Shown here one piece after another: positions 58,304-64,000 of a DNA stretch of 64,000 nucleotides. Below the pieces are notes generated by a model that worked only from the letters and a program-made list of their open reading frames with translations, was not told the origin of the DNA and made no database searches. The stretch spans positions 2,592,001 to 2,656,000 of the forward strand of contig CAWJET010000001.1 in the NCBI GenBank assembly GCA_963842085.1, in the 5' to 3' direction. Origin of the DNA: an uncultured delta proteobacterium. Its GTDB lineage: Bacteria > Desulfobacterota > Binatia > Binatales > Binataceae. The first letter of the stretch is position 1. Each line of letters starts with the position of its first letter. A program made the position numbers and the translations under genes.

Positions 58304-61085
58304 ATGGATCAACTCTACTTCGTCGTTCACACGCATTGGGATCGCGAATGGTATCAGCCGTTTCAGCAGATGCGCGCGCGCCTGGTCGCGATGGCCGATC
58401 GCATGATCCCGCTGGTCGAGCGCGGCGCGATTCCCTCGTTTTATTTCGACGGCCAGACGATCGTGCTCGACGACTATCTCGAGATGCGCCCGCGCGCCGA
58501 GCCGCGGCTGCGCAATCTGATTCGCGCGGGCAAAATCCAGGTCGGGCCGTGGTACGTGCTCGCCGACAGTTTCCTGGTGAGCGGCGAGTCGCTGATTCGC
58601 AATCTCGAAATCGGCATGGCGATCGCGCGACGCTTCGGCCGGCCGCTCGACGTCGGCTACATCCCCGATCAGTTCGGACACATCGCGCAGATGCCGCAGA
58701 TTCTCGCCGGCTTCGGCTTCACGACCGCGGTGCTGTGGCGCGGGGTCGGCGGCGACGTGAATCGCAATCGCTTCGTCTGGGAGGCGCTCGACGGCAGGTC
58801 CGTGCTGACGGTCTATCTGCCCAACGGATATTCGAACGGCGCCAATCTGCCGCTCGAATCGGTTGACAGCTTCGTCGCGCGTGCCGAACAAATCGTGCGC
58901 CGCGAGCGCGAGTTCGCCGGCGGTGCGCCCATCCTCGTGATGAATGAACCGACCACGCCGAGCCCGACGCGCGGCTCACCGCGCGGATCAACGAGGCGCG
59001 CGAGATTTCCGCGATGAGCTTTGAGATCGGCTCGCTCGAAACCTACGTGCGCCGCCTCGCCGAACTTCCGCTCGACGGCACGCCGCGGCATCGCGGCGAA
59101 CTGCGTTCGCCCTTGCGCGCGCATCTATTGCCCGGGGTTACCTCCGCGCGCACGTGGATCAAGCAGCGCGACTTCGAGAATTGCCGCGCGCTCGAGCGCT
59201 ATGCCGACCCGCTCGCGGCGCTTGCCAACGCGCTCGGGCGCGGCGCCGGGCTCGACGCGTTCCTCGAGATGGCCTGGCGAACCGAAATTCAGAACCATCC
59301 TCACGATTCGATTTGCGGATGCTCGGTCGACCAGGTGCATGTCGACATGCGCTATCGATTCGATCAGGCTGCGATGCTCGCCGAGACCGCGGTGCGCCGC
59401 GCCGCCGCCTCATGCCTCAACACCCGCGATGTCGACGCCTCCGAAATCGCCGTCTTCAACCCGTCGTTCGCCCAAGGAGCACTCGTGCGCGGCGAGGCCG
59501 AAGTCGCCGACCCGGGCGCGCACTACGCCGTCGAAACCGCTGATGGCCGCCGCATCCCGGTCGCGCTCGACGTCGCCCGCCAGCAGCGCGTGCTCGATTC
59601 CGACGTGCCGGCGGCGGAATTCAAATCGATCGTCGGCGGGTTGAGCCAACCGGCCGTGTTTGGGCGCACCGTCAATCGCTTCGAGATAACGACCGCGCCC
59701 CACGGCGGCCCGCAGGTGAACCTTTTCATGAGCCGGGCCCCGTTCAGCGGCCTCGATCTCGAGGAATTCCGGCACGCGATTCGCGCATCCCCGATTCGGG
59801 CTCGGTACGCATACATGCGACCAGCGCCGCCCGCTGCACGATCAGTTTCGTCGCCGACGATCTCGCGCAAACGGGATTCAGTTTCTATCGGTTGGTCCGC
59901 GACGACGCCGGCGTCTTCCCGGCGAATCCCGCCGAGGCGGTCGCGTCGATCGAGAACGAATTTTTCCGCCTGACTCCGACGCCGCGCGGCCTGGAGATTC
60001 GCGACCTCGCGCGCAACGCTGCGATGGAACTGTATTTCGAAGACGACGGCGATCGCGGCGACGAGTACAACTACGATCCCGTCGGCGACGGCGCGTCGAT
60101 CGCCAATCCCACCTCGCTCTCCGCGAGCGTTATCGACCACGGTCCGCTGCGACGGCGTATCAAGCTCTCGATGACGTTCGATATACCGGCTGCGCTCGCT
60201 GCCGACCGAAGCGCGCGCTCGCCGCAATTCGAGCAACTCGACGTGGCTCTGACCGCGACGCTCTACGCGGGTCTCGACCACGTCGATTTCATCGCCGACG
60301 TGAACAATCGCGCGCGCGACCATCGCATCCGCGCCGCCCTGCGCACACCGATCCTCGCCAGCGACGCGGTTCACGACACGAGTTTCGGCGTGCTCCGACG
60401 CCGGCTCGCGCCGTCGGAACCGCGCGGCACCGAGGACCTCTATCCCACCGTGCCTCATCGCACCTTCACCGCCGTCGAGGGGGCGGACTTCTCGGCCGCG
60501 CTTGCGAGCCGGGGCATCCTCGAGGTCGAGGCGCGGCCGGAACCCGGGGGTGGCACGACGATTCTGCTGACTCTGCTCCGATGCGTCGGATGGCTGTCGC
60601 GTTCCGACCTCGCGACGCGCCGCGGCGGGGCCGGCCCCGAGCTGGAAACACCCGGCGCCCAGGAACCGGGCGAGCATCGCTTCGAATTTGCGGTCGCGAC
60701 GTTCCGCGGTAGCTATCTCGACAGCGGCCTGCTGCAACGCGTCGAGGCGTACACCTCGCCGCCGCGCGTCTTTTCCGGCCGGCGCGACGATCGCGAGACC
60801 GCCGCCTCGTTGCTGGGCTGCAACAATCCCCGCGCAATTTTTTCCACGGCGCGTCCTCTAGCCCGCGCGAACTTTTACCAAGTGCGCGCATACAGCGCAT
60901 CGCCGAATCCCGAGGCCGTCCGTTTCACGTTCGCAGCCGGCGCGCGCGCGCGCCTGGTCGATCTCGCGGGGCGTCCCGTCAAACGCACCGGCCTCAAGCG
61001 CTCGCGCGACGGTGCGATCGCGCTGGAACTCAAGCCGTTCGAGCTGGTCACGTTCGAAGTGCGCCGGGGGCGTCGGGTGACATGA
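58304..61085 (+). pseudogene. GH38 alpha-mannosidase / mannosylglycerate-hydrolase-like gene broken by two -1 frameshifts (or assembly errors)
   Basis: HTHWDREWY, FDGQ, GPWYV, PDQFGH in ORF1; NHPHDSICGCS in ORF2; DRGDEYNY, LLRCVGWLSR, LKPFEL in ORF3. The frame is restored by adding one nt near 58946 and one near 59785. Confidence 0.85.
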
Positions 61086-61263
61086 AGATTTTTTTGAGTT
61101 GAGCGTCAAAAAGGATTGATCGACGCCGCAATTTCACTATCTTGTTTAATCCAAGTTTGGCTTCGGGCGCGCTTTTGCGAAGCCGAAGACTTGAAACGAA
61201 AAAAGTCGCGATGCGTATCAAATGGCGGTGAGAGCAACTGACTCGAGGAGCGCTGGCGCAAGC

Positions 61264-61479
61264 ATGAGCGACAAAATCACGGTTCGCACCGTTTACGACT
61301 TCCCGGTTGCCGCGCATCTGTGCGACGACGGCACCGTGCGCTACATCAAACTGGTGCGTCGCAGCGGCCAACAGCCCGAAGGCACCTGCCAGCAGTGCAA
61401 GACCTCGTTTCAGTATCGCAAGCCCAAAGCCGCGAAAAACGCGCGCCATCCCGAGGGCGAGGGCATCGTCCACTTCTAG
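61264..61479 (+). CDS. Small hypothetical protein, possible Zn ribbon (HxC...CxxC)
   Basis: GAGGAG upstream of the ATG; HLCDDG...GTCQQCK. Confidence 0.6.
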   Translation: MSDKITVRTVYDFPVAAHLCDDGTVRYIKLVRRSGQQPEGTCQQCKTSFQYRKPKAAKNARHPEGEGIVHF

Positions 61480-61538
61480 CGATCGCATCCTCTCATCCGG
61501 TCCTCCTTTCGAGCGCGCGTTTTCCGAAATCAGTTCCG

Positions 61539-62345
61539 CTATTTTGCTCGACGATTGCCGTCCGCCGCATCGCGCCGCGTCTTCACCAGCATGATCAGCG
61601 GGCCCTTGTAGTAGCGCGCCGCCTCGTCGCCGACGAACGCCATTGCGTCATTCGGATCGAACCATGCGTGAAGCTTGGGCACGAAGGCGGCCACAATCAC
61701 GTTCAACCATCCAAAATCCGGGCGGATTTCGACGCGCAGCGCCTCGGCGCCATAGGCCGTCCACACCGCATTTCCGGGATCGACTTGCACGCTGATCGCA
61801 AATATCTTCGGGCTTGGCGCGCAGTTGAAGACGTGCAGCGGACGGCGCGCCTCCCTGGCGCCGGCGCGCAGAAAATCCTGGATCGGAATCACCACGCTCG
61901 CGCCCGCCCACGTGTCGTCCGGGATGCTGAGTACGGCGGACTCTACGCTCTTTTGTCCGCCGGAGTTGTCGATACAAGTCGCGGCGCCGGTTTTCAGATC
62001 GACGTGCGCGCGCTCAAGGATCGAGCCGTCGGCGTTGTAGAACGTGTGATCGAATTCGACCAGCCGCGGCGGCTCGCCGCCGGCCCCCAATTGCAGATGC
62101 GCGGTCTCGACGTCGGACTGATCGTCATAGTAGTTGTTCTGGCCGTGCAGCGTCGCGCCGTCGCGAGTGCTGTCTATACGGTAGCGGCTGCGCCCGATCG
62201 CGATACCGGTAGCGGGGTTCAGAATCGTAAAATCGGTCGGCGGAAAGCTGAGCGCATTCGCTGAAAACGCCGGCGCCGCGCACGCGATCGTCAGGACTAG
62301 CGTTAATGCCCCGGCGATCCATCGTCGTTCCCGTCTCCCGATCAT
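61539..62345 (-). CDS. Hypothetical exported protein
   Basis: Signal-peptide-like N-terminus and beta-rich mature part. No family recognised. Confidence 0.7.
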   Translation of the reverse strand: MIGRRERRWIAGALTLVLTIACAAPAFSANALSFPPTDFTILNPATGIAIGRSRYRIDSTRDGATLHGQNNYYDDQSDVETAHLQLGAGGEPPRLVEFDHTFYNADGSILERAHVDLKTGAATCIDNSGGQKSVESAVLSIPDDTWAGASVVIPIQDFLRAGAREARRPLHVFNCAPSPKIFAISVQVDPGNAVWTAYGAEALRVEIRPDFGWLNVIVAAFVPKLHAWFDPNDAMAFVGDEAARYYKGPLIMLVKTRRDAADGNRRAK

Positions 62346-62438
62346 GCCCTTGCCAATGCGCCGCTCGTCTGGAACCTTGGTCGCGTCTCACGACGCTCCT
62401 TTTACAATTGTCATTGCGGCGATGGAGCAACACAACAG

Positions 62439-63053
62439 ATGCTGGATACGATTTTCGGCGCGAACCCCGACCTCAAGCGCATGCAATCGCGATGCGCCCG
62501 CGCGCTCTTCCGCCTCGGCATCAGCGCGAACGCCGCGACGATTCTGGCCGCGATCGCCGGCATCGCGTCGGGGATCGCGTTCGCGCGCGCCTACACGACG
62601 TGGGCGATCGCCACGCTCGCGCTCAGCGCCGCCTGCGACGCGCTCGACGGCACCATCGCCCGTGAATGCGCCGCGCCCAGCCCGCTCGGCGGCGTGCTCG
62701 ACCTGTCGGCCGATCGCGTCGTCGAGGCCTGCGTAATCGTCGGCATCGCGTGGCGCGATCCCGCCCTCTATTTCCCGGCGTTAGTCCTGGTCGCCACCTG
62801 GTACGTGAACATCACGATATTTCTCGCAGTAGGAGCCGCGCTGGAAGGCCCAGGCGCCAAGCTAATCGAGTACCCACCCGGAATCCTTGAGCGCACCGAA
62901 GCGATAATTTTTTTCGTCGTGCTGGGCCTGCTGGAAGCAACCGCAATCACCCGCCCAATAGGCCCAATACTCTGCTACGCGATGGCAGCGCTGGAAATAG
63001 CAACCGGCATCCAACGCCTGCTCTTCGGCCTGCGAAAGCTGCGGGCGGAGTGA
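62439..63053 (+). CDS. CDP-alcohol phosphatidyltransferase family protein
   Basis: Signature DALDGTIAR...GGVLDLSADR, and ERTE. Confidence 0.9.
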   Translation: MLDTIFGANPDLKRMQSRCARALFRLGISANAATILAAIAGIASGIAFARAYTTWAIATLALSAACDALDGTIARECAAPSPLGGVLDLSADRVVEACVIVGIAWRDPALYFPALVLVATWYVNITIFLAVGAALEGPGAKLIEYPPGILERTEAIIFFVVLGLLEATAITRPIGPILCYAMAALEIATGIQRLLFGLRKLRAE

Positions 63054-63080
63054 TCTCTGCTCATTGGATGCAGCAACGCA

Positions 63081-63161
63081 GAACCGGAACCGGCGGCGCT
63101 TACGCGCCGCTGTCCGAGATCCTTTCCTGCGCTCGCGTTGCTCGCTTCGGTCAGGATGACA
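63081..63161 (+). repeat. REP-like repeat copy D (variant hairpin)
   Basis: Same flanks as the other copies, but the first stem is GCGGCGC-TTAC-GCGCCGC instead of GCTTCGC-TGGC-GCGAAGC. Confidence 0.9.
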
Positions 63162-63223
63162 AATCATCGTCTCCATGGCGGCGGTGCCGGTTTTCCTAAC
63201 ACTGGGTGCAGGGTCACCCCTGC

Positions 63224-63283
63224 CTACTCCACCGTCACCGACTTCGCCAGGTTGCGGGGCTGATCGACGTCGGTGCCGCACTT
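63224..63283 (-). pseudogene. glmS: Isolated 3'-terminal fragment of glmS (att-like remnant)
   Basis: Minus strand translates KCGTDVDQPRNLAKSVTVE*, the conserved GlmS C-terminus. An in-frame TAG (63284-63286) lies immediately upstream and there is no start codon at the head of the fragment. Confidence 0.9.
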
Positions 63284-63298
63284 CTAGTGCGCTGCTGC

Positions 63299-63841
63299 TC
63301 ATCCGACTGCGGACGGAATCTGCCCGCGCAGTTCCTTGACCACATCGTTCGCGACGCTGGCGAAGATCGTTTTCCATGCGCCGATCGTATAGGCCCCGCC
63401 GAACGACACGGTCCGATGCGCATCGACCGACCCGACCAGTTTTCCACTGACGCTCTCCTTCAACTCGCAATGCAGCGTGATGACTGTGCTGCCCCATCCG
63501 GGGAGCATCCACCGCTTGAAGGCGTTACCTTCGTCATACTCGATGATTTTGGTGGCGATGGTCAGATGGTTGCCCTGCTGACCTTGCGTCCATAGCAAGT
63601 TTTCGCTTTGCAATTGTTCACTGAGCGCATCGGTGAACATCTTTTGCAGATCGACGTCGAACGTCTTGCCGGTTTCATTGCTAACCGGGCCGACTTCGAT
63701 GCGGGTGTCTGCCTTGGGCACGAAGGTGGGTTCGAATTCCGCGCTGTGGCTCACTGAGCCGCATCCGGACCCCGCCATCGCCAAACTCCCGAGCAGACAC
63801 AGTATGACGAAGTTCTTCAGTAACCACGCGCGTCGAGCCAT
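63299..63841 (-). CDS. DUF4410-like lipoprotein
   Basis: Lipobox-like GSGC and IIEYDEGNAFKRWMLPGWG motif. GAGGA RBS. Confidence 0.7.
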   Translation of the reverse strand: MARRAWLLKNFVILCLLGSLAMAGSGCGSVSHSAEFEPTFVPKADTRIEVGPVSNETGKTFDVDLQKMFTDALSEQLQSENLLWTQGQQGNHLTIATKIIEYDEGNAFKRWMLPGWGSTVITLHCELKESVSGKLVGSVDAHRTVSFGGAYTIGAWKTIFASVANDVVKELRGQIPSAVG

Positions 63842-63869
63842 AGCGGGTTGTCCTCGAAGTTGAAGCACT

Positions 63870-64000
63870 CTAGTGTTCGGCCTTCTTCACCAATTGCGCT
63901 TGAAGCTCCATGGTCTTTTCACCCTTCGGGTCCAGCTCCTGCTTCCATTGCTCGTATCCGGGAGCGTCGACCGTAACCTGAAAATGGTTGTGGCGGTACC
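63870..64000 (-). CDS. 3' end of a gene entering from beyond the window (PEGA/carboxypeptidase-regulatory-like tail)
   Basis: Manual translation gives ...YRHNHFQVTVDAPGYEQWKQELDPKGEKTMELQAQLVKKAEH*. Confidence 0.5.
   Translation of the reverse strand, partial: YRHNHFQVTVDAPGYEQWKQELDPKGEKTMELQAQLVKKAEH

Noticed and set aside
63170-63201. TGT located 23-25 nt downstream of the glmS-fragment stop, near where Tn7 would insert
   Set aside because: Only a 3-bp match. No repeated TnsB-binding sites, tns genes or matching opposite end were seen.

Overview
High-GC bacterial chromosomal segment. Gene content suggests a soil/peat deltaproteobacteria-like lineage such as Ca. Binatota, but this is an inference only. 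It carries about 60 mostly metabolic or housekeeping CDSs: a pcaCHGB protocatechuate operon followed by a MetE-like gene, a FadF-like Fe-S membrane oxidoreductase, a fused ETF, an RpoD-type sigma factor, a family-B DNA polymerase, a Btu/Fec-type ABC importer, dihydropyrimidinase, ispH, moaB plus a MoaD-MoaE fusion, split biotin carboxylase/BCCP genes and a doubly frameshifted GH38 glycosidase. Small accessory inserts include a DUF1778-GNAT TA pair, an orphan HicB and a PD-(D/E)xK nuclease. No rRNA, tRNA, CRISPR array, integrase or transposase was recognised. The most notable signals are: (1) an isolated 60-bp copy of the glmS 3' end (GTDVDQPRNLAKSVTVE*, the attTn7 recognition region) at 63224-63283, which probably marks the edge of an insertion hotspot extending beyond the window; (2) a dispersed, locally amplified REP-like hairpin family with compensatory base changes, always just downstream of minus-strand stop codons; (3) an orphan PaaA/BoxB-like diiron enzyme in an apparent operon with a MaoC pair; (4) a STAND ATPase carrying a usually C-terminal domain at its N-terminus; (5) a DedA-PAP2 fusion whose phosphatase motifs are lost.
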